Assembly: GCA_017441065.1 (NCBI GenBank)
Contig: JAFSAI010000033.1
Location: 2,581 to 66,580 of the forward strand
From: Bacilli bacterium
GTDB taxonomy: Bacteria; Bacillota_I; Bacilli_A; RF39; UBA660
Length of the DNA: 64,000 nucleotides
Direction of reading: 5' to 3'
The translations under genes and the position numbers were made by a program. A model generated the notes under the pieces. That model was not told where the DNA came from. It worked only from the letters and a program-made list of their open reading frames with translations, and searched no databases. The first letter of the stretch is position 1, and the number at the start of each line of letters is the position of its first letter. Below are positions 30,211 to 39,294 of this stretch, piece after piece.

Positions 30211-30933
30211 TTACTTTTTTTCTTCAATTTTTATTAATTGCATTTTTAAATCTAATTCATTATTTAAAGTTTCAATAGAAATTTTTTCTCGTGCCATATT
30301 GACTAACACTTCTAAAGTTTCTTCATCTGTTTCTAAATCTTCTTGTAACATTTTTGTTATGTAAAATTTAAGTTCTTCAGGTAATTCAGTAACATTACCT
30401 CCAAATAAGATATATCCTAATGCCTCATTGGCAGCATTTATCTTGCTAATTTCTTGGTCTCTATCACTAGATTCAGATATAATTCTTTCTTCTCTTTTCT
30501 TATACTTAGCATTCATAAATGTGTCACAATTTTGAACCATTATACTAATAGTTTTTAATTGCTTTTCAACTTCTTCAGCTTGTTCATCTTCTTTTTTGTT
30601 AAATAATAATCCTCTTAACTTCATAAGTCTATGCATTGTGTACAAATTAACTGGTAATGCAAGTAATGGATTAATAAACATAAGAACTAAAACTAATATT
30701 GATAATATTCCTGTTCTTTTCATTTTCTTTTTTATTTCAGTTATTTCAATATGATTTATAATTCCAATTGAACCCACTATTGCTTCTAATTTCATAGCAA
30801 GTAAGTTTAATTTTTCTTCTATTAAACCTCTTCTATATGGAGAAATTTCATTTTGATCCATTATTTCAAAATATATTCTACTTATTTGTTGTTCAACACT
30901 ATCTATTTCTTTATATAATTCTATTTTATTCAT
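30211..30933 (-). CDS. Hypothetical membrane-associated protein, tandem paralogue 2
   Basis: 240 aa. Central TM. The C-terminal block ELPEELKFYITKMLQEDLETDEETLEVLVNMA is homologous to the upstream neighbour. Confidence 0.5.
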   Translation of the reverse strand: MNKIELYKEIDSVEQQISRIYFEIMDQNEISPYRRGLIEEKLNLLAMKLEAIVGSIGIINHIEITEIKKKMKRTGILSILVLVLMFINPLLALPVNLYTMHRLMKLRGLLFNKKEDEQAEEVEKQLKTISIMVQNCDTFMNAKYKKREERIISESSDRDQEISKINAANEALGYILFGGNVTELPEELKFYITKMLQEDLETDEETLEVLVNMAREKISIETLNNELDLKMQLIKIEEKK

Positions 30934-31640
30934 AAACTACTCCTTTTCTTACGACGTCTACTTTCACCTTTTTCTATTAATCCTATAGGTGTAGCATCCA
31001 TTGCCATATCAAGCAATCTATCTAAATTCCATTCATCAGTTTTTAGATCTTCTCTTAACATTTTAATCAAAGTCCATCTTACTTCATCTGACATTTCTGG
31101 AAGTTCTTCCGTTAGTAGATATTCTCCAAGAACCATATTTGCTGAATCAATATCTAACACTCCCTTATTTTTAATTCTTTCTTGTTCTAATTGTAAATCT
31201 CTTTCTTCTGCTAATGTATCAATATGTTTTTTACAATCATTTAAAGAACTAAGAGAATTATTCAAATGCCATTTTACTTTTTTTAAATTAGGTCCTTGAC
31301 AATCAAATTTAGCATCTTCATACAAATTTCTTGCTTTGATGAACGAAAAATAGGTAACTCCTATTCCTAAAAAAGGATTCAAAATAAATGAAACAACACT
31401 CAATAAGAAAAGTAAAAATAATTTTATTTTAAATGTTCTATTTTTTTCATCTCGAGAATTCTCATAACATTCTATTTCAAACAAGGTGCTTTTTATATCT
31501 AATTCACTAATTTTAATTTTTTCTCTAAAAACTTCTTCTTTATATAGCGAAACGCTTTCAGAACGAATAACTTCCTCAAAAACATTAAAAAATCTATGAC
31601 AAACTTCAACATATAACGCATAAATATCTGCTTTAGTCAT
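30930..31640 (-). CDS. Hypothetical membrane-associated protein, tandem paralogue 1
   Basis: 236 aa. Central TM. C-terminal block ELPEMSDEVRWTLIKMLREDLKTDEWNLDRLLDMA. Overlaps its paralogue by 4 nt. Confidence 0.5.
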   Translation of the reverse strand: MTKADIYALYVEVCHRFFNVFEEVIRSESVSLYKEEVFREKIKISELDIKSTLFEIECYENSRDEKNRTFKIKLFLLFLLSVVSFILNPFLGIGVTYFSFIKARNLYEDAKFDCQGPNLKKVKWHLNNSLSSLNDCKKHIDTLAEERDLQLEQERIKNKGVLDIDSANMVLGEYLLTEELPEMSDEVRWTLIKMLREDLKTDEWNLDRLLDMAMDATPIGLIEKGESRRRKKRSSL

Positions 31641-31726
31641 AAAATCCCCTCTTTTGAGTGATTATTATACCAAATTTTTAAAAATAATCAACAAAAAAGC
31701 TAGTTACATAAAACTAGCATCTATTT

Positions 31727-31790
31727 CTTAGGAAGAAAGATATGTGTGTTATCTTTCTGGTTTATTTTAACGTCTTCATTGACGATTATT
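31727..31790 (-). repeat. Conserved 3' UTR element, copy 3. Not attached to a family gene: it sits in the 3' UTR of the unrelated secreted-protein gene 31864-33267.
   Basis: TTAGGAAGAAAGATATGTGTGTTATCTTTC...TTATTTTAACGTCTTCATTGACGATTATT. Followed at 31698-31717 by a terminator hairpin GCTAGT-TACATAAA-ACTAGC + T6 (as read on the minus strand). Confidence 0.7.
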
Positions 31791-31863
31791 ATTTATAGGA
31801 ATATTTCTTTTGTTACTGCTTTTTTTTCATCAATTTGGATCATAATAATTAATCAAGGAAAGC

Positions 31864-33267
31864 TTAATAGCTTTCCTTCTTTATTTTTCTTATTAATTTT
31901 TTTATTAATACTAATGAAATTATAAATTCACATACATAAATATCAATATTATCAAACGTTCTGGGATTTTCAATATTATCTATAATAGTATCATTTATTT
32001 CTGGTAAAACATTACTTATTTCATCTTTACTAGTCTCTTGTAACTCTTCCATTACTTCTTCCTTATTTATATCATCTGGAACTACTACTTCTTTAATTTC
32101 GCTTTTAACAGTAATTTCTTCATCAATCGAATCTTTAACAATTATCTCTTGATAATAATCAGTATCTTTATTTTCTATATAATAAGTACCATAAGGTAAT
32201 GTTATGACATCAGTTTGAATATTTACTTTTTCATATATTTCGTTGTTGCTTTTCAAATGAATATTGTATTCATAATTATCTAAAACATTAATACTAATAT
32301 TTTTAGATATTACATATTTATCAACATTAACATCTAAACTATTACCAGAAATTTTGACAGAAAATTCCTCTATATTATTTATGCCTTCCACATTAGAAAT
32401 ATCTTTTACTTTATAAGTCCATTCTGGAACCAAATAAATATTATCTAGATCATTAGTAGTAAATAATTCTTTTTTATTATAAATAATTTGATACGTACTA
32501 TTAAGTGATGCATCACCAGTACGTCCATTAACTCCAATTAAATTTTCAATAATATTTAACTTACCACCAAAAACATGATAATCAAAAGAATAATTAATAT
32601 CTTCAGGACCTTTTAAACTTTGCCAATATATATTATTGCCTACTTTATATGTTCTAATTTCATTATCATAATCCTTACTAAAGTTAAGAGTATATTTTCC
32701 AACTTTTTTTGGATATAAACTAATTTTATTACCTACAGTTTTAATATCTATTTCATCTAATTTAGGATTATCTAAAATAATAGCTCCTTCATCATATTCA
32801 AATTTACTAGTTGTCCATATAAAATCATTATATACCTTATCAAATATATTTGACTTTAAATAATGATTATTTATTTTTTCCAATAATACATTATATTGAT
32901 TTAACATATCAGAAGATATATTTATAAATTCAATATCAAAATTACCTATTAAATTCCATACTATAAGTTGAGTTATAACATAATTTTCTATAGTGGGATT
33001 TTCTAAATAACCATAATAAACTATCGTCGAAAATTTATTTATATCTTTGTTTTCTTCAACATATTCTTCTAATGCATCATTTATATCATAATTATTAATA
33101 TCTATATTAAATAACATATTTCCATTATAACTAATTTCTTTAATATTTATTATTTCATTATTTATACTAACACTATATACAGTATCTTTTATAAAAATAT
33201 TAGCATTTACTATATTTAAATTAACAAAAAAACTAACTAATATAATAATTAATTTTATCACAAACAA
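31864..33267 (-). CDS. Secreted/anchored protein of unknown function (signal peptide, C-terminal TM + basic tail)
   Basis: N-terminal signal-like segment MFVIKLIIILVSFFVNLNIVNA. Asn/Tyr-rich body. C-terminal hydrophobic segment plus KKLIRKIKKESY. Confidence 0.5.
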   Translation of the reverse strand: MFVIKLIIILVSFFVNLNIVNANIFIKDTVYSVSINNEIINIKEISYNGNMLFNIDINNYDINDALEEYVEENKDINKFSTIVYYGYLENPTIENYVITQLIVWNLIGNFDIEFINISSDMLNQYNVLLEKINNHYLKSNIFDKVYNDFIWTTSKFEYDEGAIILDNPKLDEIDIKTVGNKISLYPKKVGKYTLNFSKDYDNEIRTYKVGNNIYWQSLKGPEDINYSFDYHVFGGKLNIIENLIGVNGRTGDASLNSTYQIIYNKKELFTTNDLDNIYLVPEWTYKVKDISNVEGINNIEEFSVKISGNSLDVNVDKYVISKNISINVLDNYEYNIHLKSNNEIYEKVNIQTDVITLPYGTYYIENKDTDYYQEIIVKDSIDEEITVKSEIKEVVVPDDINKEEVMEELQETSKDEISNVLPEINDTIIDNIENPRTFDNIDIYVCEFIISLVLIKKLIRKIKKESY

Positions 33268-33342
33268 TTCCTTTCCAATAAAAAAACACAGGAAAAAATC
33301 TTGTTACCTTTTCCTGTGTTAGTAATAATTTAACATATTGTT

Positions 33343-34209
33343 TTATTTATCAGCAATAGGAAGTTTTGTCTTCTTTTGTCGAATCGTTATATTTTGCATT
33401 AAAGACAAGATAAGTGTTGCAATATAAATACTTAAAATACTATTAAAAAACATTGAAATAATAAATGCGATGAGTGCAATCATTATTCCATATACAATTT
33501 GATTTTTTTCTTTATATGGACTATATTCTGGCAAAGTACATACAAAAACACTTGCAAATATTAATTCACTATTTAATAACAAATTACTATTATTAGTAAT
33601 AATAAAATAAATAAAAGCTAGAGCTAAATAAGTTATATTTATAACAAATGGAATCTCTTTTTTATAATAGTAATTATTAATTAAAATTGTATAAGCAATT
33701 AAACTAAATAATATACTAGTAGATGATATTCCACCAATACATCTTCCTATTAATAAATCAAAAAAATCAAAACGATAAACATAATTTTGCTCAAGTATAC
33801 TCATAAAAGTAAACTCATTAAATAAAACATTTACTAAAACAATAATTAAATACATTAAACATACTTTATTAACTTTAATATATTTTTCTAAAAACAAAGA
33901 AAATATATATGTTAAAGTAAATGTTGCTATATATAGTAGAATATTTATGTTATATGGCATAATCATACCTATTACAATTACATAAATTAAATTATAATCA
34001 ATTTTTACTTTTTTATATTTTATTAAATCAATAATAATCTTTACAATAAAACCAATCAATACTAAATATAATGGTTTTAATATCATAAATATATTTATCA
34101 AGCCTTTTTCATATATTAAATATCCATTTTTAAATATTCCATAAATTATAAGAGGTATTAATAAATAAATATTATTTAAAACTAAATCACTTGTTTTACT
34201 ATTTTTCAT
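33343..34209 (-). CDS. Polytopic membrane protein, possibly RnfD/NqrB-like
   Basis: 288 aa with 7-8 TM segments. GRCIGGISSTS is reminiscent of the RnfD/NqrB Gly-rich motif. Overlaps the upstream Fe-S protein gene by 11 nt. Confidence 0.25.
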   Translation of the reverse strand: MKNSKTSDLVLNNIYLLIPLIIYGIFKNGYLIYEKGLINIFMILKPLYLVLIGFIVKIIIDLIKYKKVKIDYNLIYVIVIGMIMPYNINILLYIATFTLTYIFSLFLEKYIKVNKVCLMYLIIVLVNVLFNEFTFMSILEQNYVYRFDFFDLLIGRCIGGISSTSILFSLIAYTILINNYYYKKEIPFVINITYLALAFIYFIITNNSNLLLNSELIFASVFVCTLPEYSPYKEKNQIVYGIMIALIAFIISMFFNSILSIYIATLILSLMQNITIRQKKTKLPIADK

Positions 34210-35359
34210 ATTTTCTACCCCATACTACTTTTTTCAAATTTATTTTGGCAGGACATATATAATTACATAATCCACATCCAATACAATTTTTATGTTTCAT
34301 TTTATCAAAATAGCAATTTTTAACATTAATATTAAACGGACATATTTTTTTACAAGCTCCACAATTAATACACTCAGTTTCGTTATCTTCTTCCATTTTA
34401 TTAATAATAACTGAATCTATATTTCTATCAATAATTACTTTACTAACATCACTTATCTTTATACCCTGTAAATAACCATTTATATATATTTCATAATTAT
34501 TATCAATTATTTCTATAAATTCTTTAATTACTTCTTCTAAAAGTGTACCAATTCTTATATTAATTACTAAAGATTTCTTAATTGCGTTTCCACTTATAGT
34601 AATTAGTTGTTCAGTAATATCTTTAGCTTTTTTTATCACATTATAAATAGCATATATTTCATTCGTAGTTAATAATAATGTTTCTTCTTTCTTTTGATTT
34701 AGATATTCACAAATAAATTCTTTATAACTGATTAAATATTTATCTGGTAATAAAGATATTTTTATATTTGGATATGTACCAATAATTGATTTTACATTTT
34801 TTATGCTTTTAAAATTAGTATTTTTAGTAGCTAAAATACCTTGAGATAAATTTAAAATGTTTAATAAAAAATCAAAAGTTTCTAAAATTTCAGGATAATT
34901 GTGAGATAAGCGCATTAATTCTTTAACAGAATAGCTTTCTTCATCAATTGAAACTACTATTATATTATTAATGTTATTTATTTCTTTTAATTTATTACTT
35001 ATATATTTTAAATTATATTCATCTAAAATATTTATTAGATCTTCTTTTGAAGTTATTTTTTTCTTTCTTTTTCTATTACTTACATTTTCTTTGAAATCAT
35101 TATCTATTTCTATTGCAGTTATTTTTTTGTTACTAACAATTATTTCTTTGCTGCCTTTAATATATCCCGAAATAGATGTTGTGTAATCGCCAAAATAAGT
35201 ATTTTTATATATATAATCATTCATTTTAAATGTTGTATCTGTATATATTGGAATATAGATTTTTGATGGATTTTTAAAGTCATAAATCTTATTGACAATA
35301 TTAAGTTCATGTTTTTCTTTTAATGTAACTAACTTTATCATATTCCACCTTAATTCCAT
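34199..35359 (-). CDS. 2x[4Fe-4S] ferredoxin-domain protein, RnfC-like
   Basis: C-terminal CINCGACKKICP and CIGCGLCNYICP (two CxxCxxCxxxCP clusters). 386 aa. Confidence 0.35.
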   Translation of the reverse strand: MELRWNMIKLVTLKEKHELNIVNKIYDFKNPSKIYIPIYTDTTFKMNDYIYKNTYFGDYTTSISGYIKGSKEIIVSNKKITAIEIDNDFKENVSNRKRKKKITSKEDLINILDEYNLKYISNKLKEINNINNIIVVSIDEESYSVKELMRLSHNYPEILETFDFLLNILNLSQGILATKNTNFKSIKNVKSIIGTYPNIKISLLPDKYLISYKEFICEYLNQKKEETLLLTTNEIYAIYNVIKKAKDITEQLITISGNAIKKSLVINIRIGTLLEEVIKEFIEIIDNNYEIYINGYLQGIKISDVSKVIIDRNIDSVIINKMEEDNETECINCGACKKICPFNINVKNCYFDKMKHKNCIGCGLCNYICPAKINLKKVVWGRKYEK

Positions 35360-35489
35360 TTATATTTTAACAAAATGTCTTTACTCTGTAAACTAACTTT
35401 AAATTTAATTTTTTAATTTTAATTGGTTGTATAATTTTCAGGAATATTGTATAATAATTTATAGTAAAAGGGAATAACGGTGATACTAA

Positions 35490-36788
35490 GTGTTTAGAGA
35501 ATTTGATTACGATAATAAACCTATTGTAGATATTGTTAACGAAATGATTATAGATGCTGTTAAAAATGGTGGATCCGATATTCACTTCGATCCTACTGAA
35601 GATGAATTAATGGTTCGTATCAGAGTTGATGGTTCACTTTTAGAATATGCTAAAGTACCAGCAACTGTAAAAAAGAATTTAATTACTCGTATAAAAATCA
35701 TTTCAGGAATGAATATTACTGAAACAAGACTTCCACAAGATGGTGCTATCAAAGGTTTAATTGAAAATATGGATGTTGACCTTCGTGTATCTAGCTTACC
35801 TATTGTTGATGGTGAAAAAGTCGTTATCCGTATTTTGGATTATCGTATGAGTTTAAATGGACTTGAATCTATTGGACTTACAAAAGATAATTTTACAAAA
35901 ATAAATGAACTTATAAAAAAACCAAATGGTATTATAATGATTACTGGTGCTACTGGTTCTGGTAAATCTACTACTGTATACTCTATGTTACAAGTACTTA
36001 ATACTACTGATAGAAATATTATTACAGTTGAAGATCCAGTAGAAATGAAAATTGCTGGTATAAACCAAGTACAAGTTATGAGTGAAATCGGTCTTACATT
36101 CGGAAGTTCTTTAAGAAGTATCTTAAGACAAGACCCCGATATCATAATGATTGGGGAAATTCGTGACGACGAAACTGCTCGTATTGCTGTTAGAGCATCA
36201 ATTACTGGACACTTAGTATTATCTACTATCCACACTAATAACTCTCTTAATACAATTGAAAGACTTTTAGATATGGATGTAGAAAGATATTTACTTGGTA
36301 GTGCTTTATCTGGTATTATTTCTCAAAGACTTGTTAAGAAATTATGTCCAAAGTGTCGAAGTGCTAGACCTACTAATAATTATGAAAAGAATCTTTTTAA
36401 AAAAGTATTAAATATGGATGTTCAACAAATTTATACTCCAGTTGGTTGTCCAGAATGTATAAATGGTTATAAAGGTAGAATTGCTGTTCATGAAGTATTG
36501 GAAATTACTCAAGAAATTAGAGATGCTATCGTAGGTAACTTAAGAAAAGAAGATTTAAGAAGACTTGTTTATGGTAAAGATGGAAGTACCCTTCTTAAAG
36601 ATGGATTAATTAAAGTTATGGAAGGTTTTACTTCAATGGATGAAATCGTAAGAGTTATTGATGTAAATGATGACTTTGGAGAAGATGATCAAGAACTAAA
36701 AGATGCAATTATTGGAAAAACTAGTAAACAAACTAATAATCAAAATGTTGCTAATCCATTTATTAAACCAAATATTGAAACATTATAA
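35490..36788 (+). CDS. pilB: Type II secretion / type IV pilus assembly ATPase (GspE/PilB/ComGA family), short form without the N-terminal domains
   Basis: Walker A GATGSGKST. Asp box. Walker B DIIMIGEIRD. His box LVLSTIHTN. Tetracysteine CPKC...CPEC. GTG start with SD GGTGA. Confidence 0.9.
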   Translation: MFREFDYDNKPIVDIVNEMIIDAVKNGGSDIHFDPTEDELMVRIRVDGSLLEYAKVPATVKKNLITRIKIISGMNITETRLPQDGAIKGLIENMDVDLRVSSLPIVDGEKVVIRILDYRMSLNGLESIGLTKDNFTKINELIKKPNGIIMITGATGSGKSTTVYSMLQVLNTTDRNIITVEDPVEMKIAGINQVQVMSEIGLTFGSSLRSILRQDPDIIMIGEIRDDETARIAVRASITGHLVLSTIHTNNSLNTIERLLDMDVERYLLGSALSGIISQRLVKKLCPKCRSARPTNNYEKNLFKKVLNMDVQQIYTPVGCPECINGYKGRIAVHEVLEITQEIRDAIVGNLRKEDLRRLVYGKDGSTLLKDGLIKVMEGFTSMDEIVRVIDVNDDFGEDDQELKDAIIGKTSKQTNNQNVANPFIKPNIETL

Positions 36789-36789
36789 G

Positions 36790-36818
36790 ATCGATATTAA
36801 TTTATCGATTTTTTTATT
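36790..36818 (+). terminator. Rho-independent terminator after pilB
   Basis: ATCGATA-TTAATT-TATCGAT followed by T7. Confidence 0.65.
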
Positions 36819-36820
36819 TT

Positions 36821-36850
36821 ATAAAAAAAGAATGATTTCTCATTCTTTAA
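36821..36850 (-). terminator. Rho-independent terminator of surface-protein gene D
   Basis: AAAGAATGA-TTTC-TCATTCTTT followed on the minus strand by T7. Confidence 0.65.
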
Positions 36851-36856
36851 AATATT

Positions 36857-38146
36857 TTAACCAATTAAATAGGGTTCTGTTTGAGTACCTTTTCCTTCAG
36901 AAATTTTAATACTACTATTTAAATAGAAAGCTGGACGTATAGAAAGGGCATGCATTGTATACTGACCTGTAGAACTTATTTCTCCTGTTCCACTTATATA
37001 CCACGCATATTGAAGATTTCTCATTGTACCAGTTCCATATCTAGACATCGTCCACTCATAACCTACTGCCCAATCATCAGGTGGTGTATCATCATTATTA
37101 CTTAAGTGAATCCATCCCGTTTTTAATATACCATAATTTGAATTCGATATATAATTTAATGCTCTCTCTCCTAATGATAACGCATAATCACTAACATACA
37201 TTAATCCTATTTTTGAAGTAACATTTTTCCATTCCCCTATAGTGCTAGTTTTTGTATTTCTATTCATTTCATGTAAATATATATTTTGTGCAGCAACACC
37301 AGAGTAGTCTAGACCACTACTTTCATTTGTTAATGTATTTATTGCTACAAAATTCCAGTCAATTATTTTACTTAACCATAAGTCTTTTTGCATATATGAA
37401 TATGTTGTATTATTTAGGAAATAATTTCCGTTTATCCCATTGTATAATTCACTTGCTTCCCAATTTGTATCAACCCTATAAGCACTATGCCATGCATAAG
37501 CTGTATTTAATGCTTCTTTTTTGATTAATTTTAAATGGTATCCACCAACCGGATCCTGAAAAATTCCAATAATACGATACATATATAAGTCTGTATTATC
37601 TATACAAGTATCTTTATCTGTAGTTCCAAAACATATATAATTATCTGGATAAGTTCCAATATAACGATATCCATCATCTTCTAATGAACTATCCCAAATA
37701 TCACTTATAAATTTTAAATTACTACTTTCTTCTTTTATACATTCATCAATATTATTATATGTTTTACACAAATCATATAGATTAGTGGCTGGCATATCAA
37801 AATATAAGTAACAATATGAAGTGTATTCAGAATTAACTTCAGCTATATTTGTTTTAGGATCATACTTTAATGCTCCTGGTATCATTTCTCCATTAATATC
37901 AACACATCCAGAAATACTACTATTGTATTTGTAACCTTCTCCAGGCCATATGGCATTATCCGCTTCTTTATATGATCCATCATCTTGCTCTATCATTATG
38001 GCAAATATGCTATCTTGAATATTATCTAATTTAAATTTTTCCCATTGAACGTTTTCGTTACCGTATATAAAAGTCACAAAAAACAAAACTAGTAATAATA
38101 CTATAGCAACGCTTACTAAACCAATTGTTGTTTTATCTGCTTTCAT
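36857..38146 (-). CDS. Surface-anchored protein, family member D. C-term ISEGKGTQTEPYLIG. No poly-G promoter.
   Basis: N-terminal TM. Shares the blocks FAIMIEQDDGSYKE, YTSYCYLYFD, YICFGT, LYMYRIIG and KIGLMYVSDY, and the C-terminal motif, with members B and C. Confidence 0.75.
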   Translation of the reverse strand: MKADKTTIGLVSVAIVLLLVLFFVTFIYGNENVQWEKFKLDNIQDSIFAIMIEQDDGSYKEADNAIWPGEGYKYNSSISGCVDINGEMIPGALKYDPKTNIAEVNSEYTSYCYLYFDMPATNLYDLCKTYNNIDECIKEESSNLKFISDIWDSSLEDDGYRYIGTYPDNYICFGTTDKDTCIDNTDLYMYRIIGIFQDPVGGYHLKLIKKEALNTAYAWHSAYRVDTNWEASELYNGINGNYFLNNTTYSYMQKDLWLSKIIDWNFVAINTLTNESSGLDYSGVAAQNIYLHEMNRNTKTSTIGEWKNVTSKIGLMYVSDYALSLGERALNYISNSNYGILKTGWIHLSNNDDTPPDDWAVGYEWTMSRYGTGTMRNLQYAWYISGTGEISSTGQYTMHALSIRPAFYLNSSIKISEGKGTQTEPYLIG

Positions 38147-38236
38147 ATTTCAAGTCCATTTCTATTATATATAAATTATATAATACTTAGTAAAACTGAG
38201 TCAAGTTAAGAGACAAAAAAAGAAGTCTTTAGACCT

Positions 38237-39235
38237 CTAATTTTCTCCTTCTTCCAACATTTTAGTTATAAACAAACCATAACCTGTTAGGGGATTATCT
38301 ACAATAACATGAGTAACTACTCCTACTATCATATCATTTTGCATTATTGGTGAACCACTCATCCCTTGTACAACGCCACCAGTTTTTTTAATCAATTTTT
38401 CATCAGTTATTTCAAACGTAATATTTTTAGTATCACTTGTCTCATTAATATTAGTTATATTAATTTCAAATTCTTCTACTTTTTCTCCATCTAACACTGT
38501 GTAAATATAAGCTTTTCCTACTTTTATATTATCTTTATCGCCTACTTTTACAAGTTCCATATCATTTATGTTATAAGCGTATTTACCAAATATACCATGA
38601 TTAGTATTTTTATAAATACTTCCATATATAGTATTATAAAAATATTTTGCATTTTTACTTCCCGCATGTCCTATTTCAGACTTATCTATTGAGGTAATTG
38701 AATTTCTAAAAATACTTCCACTTTTTATTTCTACTATTTTACTACTATTCCCTTCAATTACTTCATGACCTAAAGCACCATATATTAATGTTCCCGGATC
38801 TATATAAGTAAGAGTTCCAATTCCTGTTATACTATCTTTAACATATAGTCCAGTCTTATAAATTCCATTTTCATTTATTAATTCAAGTGTTGTACGCTTT
38901 TCATCCTTACCTCTTTTATAAGTGATTTCAACACTTCCATCAGTTGTATGTTTTTCTATTTCTTTAGAGAGTTCACTTAAAGAATAAACTTCTACATCAT
39001 TTATCTTTTTGATATAATCGCCCACTTTTAACTTTGGATTTCCTTTATTATATTTTCCATCTATTTGATAAAATCCAACAATAAGCACTCCATCACATTC
39101 AATTTCTATGCCTAAAGTATTACCACCCCTATAAATATAGTCTGAATAAGCAAATACATTAAGTGGCATCAATAAAATACTTAAAAACAATATTAATTTT
39201 TTCATACATATCACCATCAATATTATTGTGCCCAC
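38237..39235 (-). CDS. spoIVB: SpoIVB peptidase (S55 family, PDZ + serine peptidase)
   Basis: Signal anchor. PDZ domain. Catalytic motif VVQGMSGSPIMQNDMIVGVVTHV typical of SpoIVB. Confidence 0.85.
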   Translation of the reverse strand: MGTIILMVICMKKLILFLSILLMPLNVFAYSDYIYRGGNTLGIEIECDGVLIVGFYQIDGKYNKGNPKLKVGDYIKKINDVEVYSLSELSKEIEKHTTDGSVEITYKRGKDEKRTTLELINENGIYKTGLYVKDSITGIGTLTYIDPGTLIYGALGHEVIEGNSSKIVEIKSGSIFRNSITSIDKSEIGHAGSKNAKYFYNTIYGSIYKNTNHGIFGKYAYNINDMELVKVGDKDNIKVGKAYIYTVLDGEKVEEFEINITNINETSDTKNITFEITDEKLIKKTGGVVQGMSGSPIMQNDMIVGVVTHVIVDNPLTGYGLFITKMLEEGEN

Positions 39236-39294
39236 ATTTATAACAATTAAAAAACCAATAATTGGTTTGTTCCAATTATTGGTTAAAAAACAAT

